Shown in pieces: positions 28,501-36,429 of a DNA stretch of 64,000 nt; the first letter of the stretch is position 1; the number at the start of each line of letters is the position of its first letter. The stretch is from NCBI GenBank assembly GCA_965204745.1, contig OZ242010.1, positions 5,283,461-5,347,460 of the forward strand, read 5' to 3'. The notes below the pieces were generated by a model, which worked only from the letters and a program-made list of their open reading frames with translations, was not told where the DNA came from and did not search any database. Position numbers and translations under genes: made by a program. This DNA is from Candidatus Latescibacterota bacterium (lineage in GTDB: Bacteria; Latescibacterota; UBA2968).

Positions 28501-28697
28501 GTCACTTGGTCTTCGACCACCTGCGGCGCTTGCCCCGGGTATTCGGTGAACACGATCACCTGCACGTCCGACAAATCGGGAATCGCATCCAGCGGCGTGT
28601 TCACCATAGCATACACGCCCCAGCCGATCACCATCACCGTGGCGATCACCACCAAAAAACGATTCTCCACACTCGCTTGGATGATTTGGTTTAACAT
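25506..28697 (-). CDS. CusA/CzcA-family heavy-metal efflux RND transporter
   Basis: Start [27 protein letters not shown]...[40 protein letters not shown] is the hallmark HME-RND N-terminus. 1063 aa. Upstream extension of the listed ORF is translated repeat DNA. Confidence 0.85.
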   Translation of the reverse strand: [1063 protein letters not shown]

Positions 28698-28702
28698 GGC
28701 AG

Positions 28703-29050
28703 CGGTGAAAGGTGAGAGGTGAAAGGTGAAAGGTGAGAGGGCCGCCCAACAGCCCATCCGCAAGTAAGAGGTGAGACGGGAGAGGTGAGAGGGCCGCCCA
28801 ACAGCCCATCCGCAAGTAAGAGGTGAGACGGGAGAGGTGAGAGGGCCGCCCAACAGCCCATCCGCAAGTAAGGGGGAATGGCGAGAGGTCTTCGGGGTTC
28901 ATGGCGTTATCCATTCGCCCAAAGCCATCAAATCCGCCCTGGATGCAACCCTTTAAGAAAGCCATGCGCTCCCCCTTTCCTCGTAGGCACAGGCGTAGCC
29001 TACAATGAGCGAAGCGAATAACGGGGGCCGGGGGGATAGGGCTATGGCGG
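28703..29050. repeat. Tandem ~52-nt units (family B, x2.5) plus one family C core copy in cusA upstream region
   Basis: Unit gggccgcccaacagcccatccgcaagtaagaggtgagacgggagaggtgaga repeated head-to-tail. Followed by the conserved core ...ccattcgcccaaagccatcaaa...gtaggcacaggcgtagcctac. Confidence 0.75.
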
Positions 29051-29080
29051 TAGGCCGGTTGGGGAACGCGGTTGGGGGTA

Positions 29081-30694
29081 CTATCCTCCGAACAGGCGGG
29101 CGAAAATGATAAAATCCGCGAAATCGACGCGGCCGTCTTGGTTGAGATCAAAGCGGGAATCAAAGTCCGCGTCGCCTTGGCGCAGGCCGAAGTGTTCGGC
29201 GAACAAGCGAAAATCGTCAAAACTCCGTTGTCCATTGCCATCAAAGTCAATGCGCGCGGCATAGCCCACGCTGGGAGATAGGGCGATGTACTCGTCGCCT
29301 TTTCGATAGGGCACGTATTCCATTGCCACGAGGAGCATTTCATCCGTGGTTTTTTCGCCCCACGCCACCGTGCGCGGGGGGGAATTGGGATTGAGCGGAT
29401 TGCCGACGGTATTGTCATACGTGACGACAGCGTGAATTTTCGATCCCGCGACAATTTTCTGAAAATGCGTGAAGGTGTAACTGCCCTGCCAATCAAAATC
29501 CCAGTCTGAAATCCGCACGAGATTGACGCGCTTGCCCTGTGGATCCACCGCGTACACGTCCCATGACCTGCCCAGCAAGTGCATGTGCGGGTAGATGGAC
29601 AACAAGCTGATGTCTTGATCGATAGTGAGGGTACCGCGAAAGGTTTTGACCCTGCGTGCCGGGATGACAAAGCGGCTGTCGATCTCGAGTTTTGCCATCG
29701 GATTGATCGCGCCAAACAAGTCGTCCGCGCTGCCGAGGAGATCGATCAAGTCTTCGACAGTGGGCGACAAATCCCCGAGTGCTTTGAGTTGCTCGATGTC
29801 GCGCCCGCCAAAAAGGCCGAAGAACGCTTTGACGTCATTGAGCGAAAAAGGCACGATAGCGATGAGGCCCACCTCTCTTTCGAGGGGTTCTTTTTTGAAA
29901 AAGATGTTCACGCTGGATCGATCCGACTCTGCAATGGGCCAGGGCGCGTAATGCACTTGGATGAGCAAATCGGCGTCTTTGGGCAAGATCTGTCCAACGC
30001 CCTGGGGAAATGCCACCGGGCGCGCGCCCGGGGTATAGGAGGGCAGGAGGGCGGCAATGGGCGAATCGAACCCGCCAAAAGACGCGTACCCGTATTCCGG
30101 GGTTTCGAGATCTTTTCGGCGCGCCGTGCCCGTGATGTCAACCGCGAGAAGCGCGTGGTGAACGATCTGGCGATTGCCCGGCCGAAATTCAATCGCCGCG
30201 ATAGCCCGATGTTCTGTCAGCCCGGTTGGGAGGACGAAGACCTGATACTGGTCCTCGTTATCCCCGCGGATGGTAAAGGGTTCTGCCATGGTCAAGACGA
30301 GGTCCGGCGTGCCGAGTGCAGACCCCGTGGGAAAGGTCGGCAGCGGTGCTTCGAGGGCGAGGTCGCCTCGCGGAAATCCCGCGTCGACCCAATCGCGGAT
30401 CAGGTCAATTTCGCTTTGCGTCAATGTTTGTTCGCCGATGTGCCGGCCGTAATTGGGATTGGGTTTCCACGGCGGCATTGCCCTGGTCTGCGTGACGTGT
30501 TTGACCATGGTCGCGTACGCCGCAACCTCGCTGTAATTCGTAAAAGGCATCGGCCCAATTTCACCCGTGCGATGGCAAGATGTGCAGTTGTTGTAGATGA
30601 TCGGGGAAATGTGTTCGCCAAACGCGATGGTTTGTGCGTGCGGCGAAGCAAGGGCGCAGGCGAGTGCGAGAATCAACAGGGCGAATACGCGCAT
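29081..30694 (-). CDS. Secreted copper type II ascorbate-dependent monooxygenase-like (PHM/DBH-like) protein with N-terminal CxxCH motif and C-terminal dockerin
   Basis: Signal peptide MRVFALLILALACALA. CTSCH heme-c-type motif followed by ...MPPW. PHM-like His clusters (IVHHALLAV, and YPHMHLLG HxH followed by a later Met). C-terminal dockerin repeats FDGNGQRSFDDFRLFAEHFG and FDLNQDGRVDFADFIIFARLFG. Confidence 0.55.
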   Translation of the reverse strand: MRVFALLILALACALASPHAQTIAFGEHISPIIYNNCTSCHRTGEIGPMPFTNYSEVAAYATMVKHVTQTRAMPPWKPNPNYGRHIGEQTLTQSEIDLIRDWVDAGFPRGDLALEAPLPTFPTGSALGTPDLVLTMAEPFTIRGDNEDQYQVFVLPTGLTEHRAIAAIEFRPGNRQIVHHALLAVDITGTARRKDLETPEYGYASFGGFDSPIAALLPSYTPGARPVAFPQGVGQILPKDADLLIQVHYAPWPIAESDRSSVNIFFKKEPLEREVGLIAIVPFSLNDVKAFFGLFGGRDIEQLKALGDLSPTVEDLIDLLGSADDLFGAINPMAKLEIDSRFVIPARRVKTFRGTLTIDQDISLLSIYPHMHLLGRSWDVYAVDPQGKRVNLVRISDWDFDWQGSYTFTHFQKIVAGSKIHAVVTYDNTVGNPLNPNSPPRTVAWGEKTTDEMLLVAMEYVPYRKGDEYIALSPSVGYAARIDFDGNGQRSFDDFRLFAEHFGLRQGDADFDSRFDLNQDGRVDFADFIIFARLFGG

Positions 30695-30699
30695 GGGGG

Positions 30700-31227
30700 T
30701 TACTCCTGTGCTGTGTTTTGCAAGGGCGTGATGAAGCAGCCAATGGCTTGGGTTTTGCGAAATGTCGAGGGCTTTTTGTTGCGGAGGACATTCAGGACAT
30801 CCGCGAGGTCATGCTCGGTGACGACCCTGCGCCGCTTGCCCACGCGCGCAAAGGTGTTGTCAATGCGGCCCTGGTAGATCGCGGTATTTGACGAATCGAC
30901 AACCACGACCTCGGGCATCACGGTTATCCCAAAGCGCTTCACCCATGTGTGGGCGGAATCCCGGATGCAGGAGAACGGCAGCATGTATTTCTCTTTGAAC
31001 GCGGCGATGGTGGTCGATGTGGAGAGCGCGTTGGGGAACACGCCGATAAATGCGAGTTCTTCAGCCGCGTACTTCGCGTGCAACTTTCTCAGCGTCAGGG
31101 TGTAATGCCGCGAGACCGGACAGGTTTCCCCGAGAAAGACATAGACCTTATGCGGCGCGCAAATCCCCGATCCGACCAAGAGCAAAATCGCACAGGGGAT
31201 GACCAAAATAGCATGACGCCAATTCAT
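30700..31227 (-). CDS. Thioredoxin-fold (redoxin/TlpA/SCO-like) protein with signal peptide, co-operonic with the Cu-monooxygenase-like gene
   Basis: ATG 31227 with GGAGGAG SD. N-terminal hydrophobic signal. Motif VYVFLGETCPVSRH occupies the CxxC/CxxS position. 6-nt gap to the next gene. Confidence 0.4.
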   Translation of the reverse strand: MNWRHAILVIPCAILLLVGSGICAPHKVYVFLGETCPVSRHYTLTLRKLHAKYAAEELAFIGVFPNALSTSTTIAAFKEKYMLPFSCIRDSAHTWVKRFGITVMPEVVVVDSSNTAIYQGRIDNTFARVGKRRRVVTEHDLADVLNVLRNKKPSTFRKTQAIGCFITPLQNTAQE

Positions 31228-31397
31228 CGATCTCCTCCACGAAACAATGGAAAAATTTGCGTTGACAACTACACATTTGTTTATGATAATGCCTTCACAA
31301 TAGCTATTGCAGAGGAAAGCATGGGGCAATCAACGCCTCAGTTCAACCCAAACGCAGAATAACTTCGTTCAAAATTTTTAAGCGAAAAGGACAGGCG

Positions 31398-33143
31398 GTG
31401 GTCATCACAAAACAAAAGGCAATGGGGGTACATTTTACCCCTCCTGAATTGGCCCGGTTTGTAGCGCGGAGAATTATTAACGCATTCTCTTCCAATGCCT
31501 CAAAGCACCTCAGGGTTCTCGATCCCGCTTGTGGAGATGGCGAATTGCTTTTGGCATTTGCCGAAATGCTTCCCGACTCATTTCAAGGCCGATGTACTTT
31601 GGTAGGTATCGAGTCAGACTGTTCATCATTGCATCGCGCGAGCGAACGATTGGCGCACTTGCCTCAAAAAGAAGTCGAACTCCACGAAGACGATTTTCTA
31701 GCGTTCTACGAAAATCAGCAGAAACGCCCCGATTTGTTTCATCTCCCTTCAAACGGTCATTCGCTTGTAAAACCCGCCGATGTCATTATTGCAAATCCCC
31801 CTTATGTAAGGACACAGATACTCGGCGCCGCGAAAGCACGAGAATTATCGAACCTTTTTGGTTTGAAGGGGCGGATCGATCTCTATCAGGCATTTCTGAT
31901 TGCAATGACCGATCATTTGTCTCCGGGGGGAATGATCGGCGTCATTACTTCAAATAGGTTTCTTTTTACCCGAGGTGCAAGTGTTGTGCGAGAATTTTTG
32001 GATCGTCAATACCATATCACTGAAATTTTTGATCTTGGAGATACGAAACTTTTTGACGCTGCGGTACTGCCCGCGGTGTTTATAGGACAGCGCAAATCCG
32101 ACGGTGAATTACCCGACAAAAAGTTACAAAAATTTGTGAAAATTTATGAAAATCTGAACGGCAATGACAATTCCAAACAAAATGTAGAGTACTCTGACTC
32201 CGTGTTCAAAGTTCTCGAAAGCGAAGCCATTGGCACGTATCAAATCCAGAGTAAATGCTTCAATATCTCCCGAGGTCTTCTTTCTATCCCAGCCTCATCC
32301 TCCGAACCGTGGCGCATGGTCACGGCAGGGGAAAGTGCTTGGCTCAAAAGGATAAACGCTCGGGCCTTTTATCGCATTGGAGATATTTTGAAAGTTCGAG
32401 TGGGTATTAAGACCACGGCGGATGAGGTGTTCATCAGAGAAAATTGGGACGCGCTTTCCAAAACGCGAAAGCCAGAAAAAAAACTCCTTCAATACTTGCT
32501 GTCTCATGGCGATGCGGCCCGTTGGCGTTCTCTAACGAGGAAAGAGGCCCTCAAGCAAGTCTTGTACACTCATGAAGAGAAAAATGGCAGACGTCAGGCG
32601 ATTGATTTATCTGAATATCCACGAGCTAAGGCGTATCTCTCTCTGTATCGAAAGCGTTTGGAAGGCAGAAAATACGTTTTGAAAGCGAAGCGCAATTGGT
32701 ACGAGATCTGGGTACCTCAAAATCCCCATCTGTGGAAACGGCCCAAAATCGTTTTTCCCGATATAAGTTTGGTGCCCAAATTTTTCTATGATGCAGATGG
32801 ATATATCGTCGATGGCAACTGCTACTGGATTCCACTGGAAAACGGAACGGATGAAGAGGTGCTTTTTCTGATACAAGGCGTGGCAAATTCAAAACTCATG
32901 ACGCGCTATCACGACCTTTCATTTAACAACAAGCTCTATGCTGGACGGCGGCGATATTTGACTCAATACGTTCAAAAGTATCCCCTTCCCGATCCAACCA
33001 CCCGCGACGCACAGCAGATTGTCGCTCTGGTCAAAGCGTTGGTATTTTCTGTCTCAGATGATAAATCGCGTGATGAAAAAGAACGAGAATTGGAAATTAC
33101 GGTCGCAAGTGCCTTTGGCGTAGAGCCCGTGTCCGAAATTTAG
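31398..33143 (+). CDS. Type II N6-adenine DNA methyltransferase, gamma class (Eco57I/TaqI-like)
   Basis: Motif I VLDPACGDGELL precedes motif IV IIANPPY. C-terminal target-recognition region. Lower GC than surroundings. Confidence 0.8.
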   Translation: MVITKQKAMGVHFTPPELARFVARRIINAFSSNASKHLRVLDPACGDGELLLAFAEMLPDSFQGRCTLVGIESDCSSLHRASERLAHLPQKEVELHEDDFLAFYENQQKRPDLFHLPSNGHSLVKPADVIIANPPYVRTQILGAAKARELSNLFGLKGRIDLYQAFLIAMTDHLSPGGMIGVITSNRFLFTRGASVVREFLDRQYHITEIFDLGDTKLFDAAVLPAVFIGQRKSDGELPDKKLQKFVKIYENLNGNDNSKQNVEYSDSVFKVLESEAIGTYQIQSKCFNISRGLLSIPASSSEPWRMVTAGESAWLKRINARAFYRIGDILKVRVGIKTTADEVFIRENWDALSKTRKPEKKLLQYLLSHGDAARWRSLTRKEALKQVLYTHEEKNGRRQAIDLSEYPRAKAYLSLYRKRLEGRKYVLKAKRNWYEIWVPQNPHLWKRPKIVFPDISLVPKFFYDADGYIVDGNCYWIPLENGTDEEVLFLIQGVANSKLMTRYHDLSFNNKLYAGRRRYLTQYVQKYPLPDPTTRDAQQIVALVKALVFSVSDDKSRDEKERELEITVASAFGVEPVSEI

Positions 33144-34309
33144 GGGTCGTGAACCGCTCGACCTTCATATTGGTCAAAGAAGCTCATCGGAATCGCCCTT
33201 TGGCATTTGTAGTTCGTACTGGAAACATAAGAGAAATGCTCGCCTAATTTTTCCCCAGGACACAACACAACGCCTGTGACGACACCTGTTTTTTCGTCCG
33301 TCAATGCAATCAGATATCGAATATCCGATGTCGTGAACCCCGGACATGCGGGAACATCTTCCTCGACTCGAGGGCTGTACATACCCAAGTCAATGGTGGG
33401 CGAATCTTGCACTTTGACTTCGAGTGCTTGATTGGGCAAATCGGGATAGCTTCCCATGAGTGGTTCATCCGCACGCGGCATATATCCCAGATACTGGGAA
33501 ATGAGCAGTTCGAGAAATTGCCCTCGGTTTTTGGTGGTAGCCCCCTCAATTGTTGCATTTATCAGACGGACCGCTACTTTCTCTCGCAATATTCGCAGTG
33601 CCAGTACTCGCCCCTGTCTGGGCTTGTCACGCATAGAAGCGCGTGGCCTTTCATAAAGTTGCGAAACCATTGTCGCAACTTTAGCGGTATCTGGATAATA
33701 GAGAATGGGGGGCCGCGTCTCCAAAATTTTCCTGCGTGTTTTATCGGTGATAATGAGTTGATGCTTGATTGTGGGCCTGCTAAATTTTCCGAAATGATCG
33801 ACGATATAATCCGATGATAAGAGGAAAATAGAACGCACTTCGAAGGTATGGGGATCGACGCGCACGATAACGAATCTAACATCTCGGTCACGCAAGTTTT
33901 CCCCAAAAGCGTACTCGATTTGGATACTTTCTCCTACGGGATTTCGATTCCATACTTGGAGATTGTACGCCGCGCCCGTTGTAACGATATAGGTGTCGAT
34001 ATATTCTCGCAGAATCCGCGGTACACCTTTCTTTTTTGGAGGGATGATCGTATAGGAAGCCCGATCACATGGCGGCGGCAACGGGTGTTTTTCAAGTGTT
34101 GCCGCGATCAAATTTCGCATATTCGTGCCGTCGGTTCTCGTTTTCCGCGTCAATGGAAATGAGGTTCCGATCAGCACGCTTAAGCACTCAACGAGGATTT
34201 TAGGCGGTGTGAGCGCGTTTTTATTTTTCGGCGGAATCGTTAAGGGGTTATTCAAAGCGAGCCCCATCTTGAAATGGCGAATGGACTTGTGCAATACCGC
34301 GTATCGCAT
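33140..34309 (-). CDS. Putative type II restriction endonuclease (PD-(D/E)xK)
   Basis: Convergent with the methyltransferase, overlapping by 4 nt. ...YPDLPNQALEVKVQ fits PD-x(n)-E-x-K. Low GC. Start uncertain (34309, 34267 or 34120). The N-terminal ~135 codons of the listed ORF overlap the uxaC-like gene and are rejected. Confidence 0.5.
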   Translation of the reverse strand: MRYAVLHKSIRHFKMGLALNNPLTIPPKNKNALTPPKILVECLSVLIGTSFPLTRKTRTDGTNMRNLIAATLEKHPLPPPCDRASYTIIPPKKKGVPRILREYIDTYIVTTGAAYNLQVWNRNPVGESIQIEYAFGENLRDRDVRFVIVRVDPHTFEVRSIFLLSSDYIVDHFGKFSRPTIKHQLIITDKTRRKILETRPPILYYPDTAKVATMVSQLYERPRASMRDKPRQGRVLALRILREKVAVRLINATIEGATTKNRGQFLELLISQYLGYMPRADEPLMGSYPDLPNQALEVKVQDSPTIDLGMYSPRVEEDVPACPGFTTSDIRYLIALTDEKTGVVTGVVLCPGEKLGEHFSYVSSTNYKCQRAIPMSFFDQYEGRAVHDP

Positions 34310-34311
34310 CT

Positions 34312-35553
34312 TCAATCCAGCAATTTGCCCCCGCCGAACATGGTCGAGATGTCGCGTTGGATGTCGGCTTGGGTGAGGGGCCAGCCCGCGGCGCGGAGCG
34401 ATTCGTATTTCTCGACGAAAACCGGGGCGATGACTTGGATGGCATGCGTCCATTTGTAGAGCAACTGGTCGAGGATGCGCGCATCGGAGTGCTGCGGGAC
34501 AAAACTCGTGCCGAGCAGTTCGAGGCGTTCGGCGGTAATTTCGCGGATGATGCTCGGATTGTTCAAAAACCACCAGCAGCCAAAGGGATGCACATTGGGA
34601 AATTTGCGGCCCGTCACGCAGAGTTCGTGCTGGTTCTCGCGCGAGAGCAAGGTGATGAGAAAATCGACCTCCGGCCAATCGCGGGCGATGCGCTCGAGGT
34701 TCGTCATATCCCACTTGCCCAAACTGTCGCCCCCGTCTTTGAGCACGGGGTTGACCTGCCGCGTCACCCCGATCATCATCGCCGATGGGATTTGCAATTC
34801 CCGCGCCGTGGGATACACCACGTTGCCCATCATCAGGGAGATGCTGTCCGCTGAGGGATATGCAAAATCCGGGGGAAGCGAGATCGCCATGTAGCGCGCG
34901 TCCATCTTTGCCACCCAGTCCGCGAGATAGCGGCGCAGTTCCGAAAAGGTCTTGTCGGACAACCCCTCTTCCACGTCATACCCCAAACCGCGCAGTTTGC
35001 CCACCGGCGTCGGCCAGTTCATCAACGCGCTGTCGAGGCGCAAGACCGCCTTGAAGCGCGGGTCAATGGAAACGCCCTGCTGCCACATCGCGCCTTCGGC
35101 GTCGTCGAGCGGATCATTGGTCATGTACACACAGGCGACCCCGGCTTTTTCAAACACCATATCGGTGTATTCTTCGGGCGTCTTGGAGGCGTAAAAGGCG
35201 CGAAACTCGGACAGGTCTGTAGCACGGGGATTCAGCCCCAAGCGGCTCATCACAGTGACCACGCCCAGTTGTGCTTCGGAAATCGGCGAACTGTTGCCCA
35301 CGAAAAGTCGTCGCCAGATCACGTCGGCCTGTTCCGCAGTGGGCATATTGTTAAACGCGGCCACCGAGACGCCTTCGGGCAACATGCGCGAACACTCGGC
35401 TTTGAGATAGTGGTAGGTCAGCAACTCGTCCGGCCCGGCCAGGTACAACGCGCCCATCGACGCGGGGTAGAGATGCGTGTGAATATCGACAATGGCGTGG
35501 TTTTGAAATGCGTTCTCCACGGCTTTTGCGATTGAAAAATTGGACATGTTCAT
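34312..35553 (-). CDS. uxaC: Glucuronate (uronate) isomerase-like amidohydrolase-superfamily protein
   Basis: N-terminal IVDIHTHLYP...HYLKAECSRM and C-terminal FGCWWFLNNP resemble the UxaC signatures (DYHCHL, HYKWRAMR, GSGWWFND) recalled from memory. Start at MNMSNF (35553). Confidence 0.55.
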   Translation of the reverse strand: MNMSNFSIAKAVENAFQNHAIVDIHTHLYPASMGALYLAGPDELLTYHYLKAECSRMLPEGVSVAAFNNMPTAEQADVIWRRLFVGNSSPISEAQLGVVTVMSRLGLNPRATDLSEFRAFYASKTPEEYTDMVFEKAGVACVYMTNDPLDDAEGAMWQQGVSIDPRFKAVLRLDSALMNWPTPVGKLRGLGYDVEEGLSDKTFSELRRYLADWVAKMDARYMAISLPPDFAYPSADSISLMMGNVVYPTARELQIPSAMMIGVTRQVNPVLKDGGDSLGKWDMTNLERIARDWPEVDFLITLLSRENQHELCVTGRKFPNVHPFGCWWFLNNPSIIREITAERLELLGTSFVPQHSDARILDQLLYKWTHAIQVIAPVFVEKYESLRAAGWPLTQADIQRDISTMFGGGKLLD

Positions 35554-35582
35554 TCCCCTTTTCGCGAATGCGATGAATTGGA

Positions 35583-36332
35583 TCAATACCGGTCGATCAG
35601 AAACAGAAATTCGCGCCAGTTTTTGATTTCGACATGCGGATCCGGGCCGTCGAGCGGCGCGTCCAACCGGTTGTACCACACGGCGCCCATGCCGGCATTG
35701 TGCGCGCCGGCAATGTCGTATTGCGGCGTATTGCCTATGTACCACGCATCCGAGGGTTTCACGCCGAGCTTGGCTGCAGCGGTTTCCAAGATGAGGGGAT
35801 GGGGCTTACGCACCCAGTAGTCCGCGCTCGACATGAGAAATTGAAAATAATTCGCGAGCCCCTGTCGCTCGAGTTCCCACCACAACGTGTTGCCACAAAA
35901 CGCGGCATTGCTGACAATGCCCATTGGAATGCGTTTTTCGTTCAATGTTTTGAGGGCATTTTCCACACCCGGTTCGGGCCGCCACGACATGGCCGCACGC
36001 CAAAACACGCGCTCAACTTCCTCGGGCGCACAATCAAAGGCGATGTGCAGAGCTTCGTAAACATGGCGTTGAAAAATGTGCGGATGAAATTCCACCTGCG
36101 CTTTTTCGCGGCGCGGAATGAGGTCGCGGTTCATGCTTTCAATGCGCCTGCCGATGTCTTTGACCGTATGGCCCGATGGGTTGTTGGCGATTTCGAGCGT
36201 GGCTGCAATCCCCGCCTCCGGGTCAAAGCCGAGATGCGTCAAGAGCGTGTCGCCCATGTCGAACAAAACGCCGAGCGGCTTTTGCAAGGTCGACGCCCGT
36301 TGCGCCTTGGGTCGGGGTCGTGTTTCGCGCAT
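35583..36332 (-). CDS. HAD-superfamily hydrolase, subfamily IA
   Basis: Motif I FDMGDTL, motif II GIVSN, K...GNTPQYDIAGAHNAGM (motifs III/IV). Start inferred. The listed ORF has an N-terminal extension towards the IS element. Confidence 0.6.
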   Translation of the reverse strand: MRETRPRPKAQRASTLQKPLGVLFDMGDTLLTHLGFDPEAGIAATLEIANNPSGHTVKDIGRRIESMNRDLIPRREKAQVEFHPHIFQRHVYEALHIAFDCAPEEVERVFWRAAMSWRPEPGVENALKTLNEKRIPMGIVSNAAFCGNTLWWELERQGLANYFQFLMSSADYWVRKPHPLILETAAAKLGVKPSDAWYIGNTPQYDIAGAHNAGMGAVWYNRLDAPLDGPDPHVEIKNWREFLFLIDRY

Positions 36333-36429
36333 TTCCGCCGCGGTGACCGTTTTGTGCTCGGTTCGCTCACCGCTCGCCTCCCGAGTCTGAGAAGCGCGAA
36401 TAGCCTGCGGCCGATTTTGTCGCATCTCT

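Noticed and set aside
28703-28880. Possible CRISPR array (regular tandem repeats)
   Set aside because: Units abut one another without unique spacers, are purine-rich rather than palindromic, and no cas genes are present.
33140-34714. Full 524-aa listed ORF as the endonuclease
   Set aside because: Its first ~135 codons overlap the uxaC-like gene on the same strand region and are Arg/Pro/His-rich. A start at or after 34309 is far more plausible.
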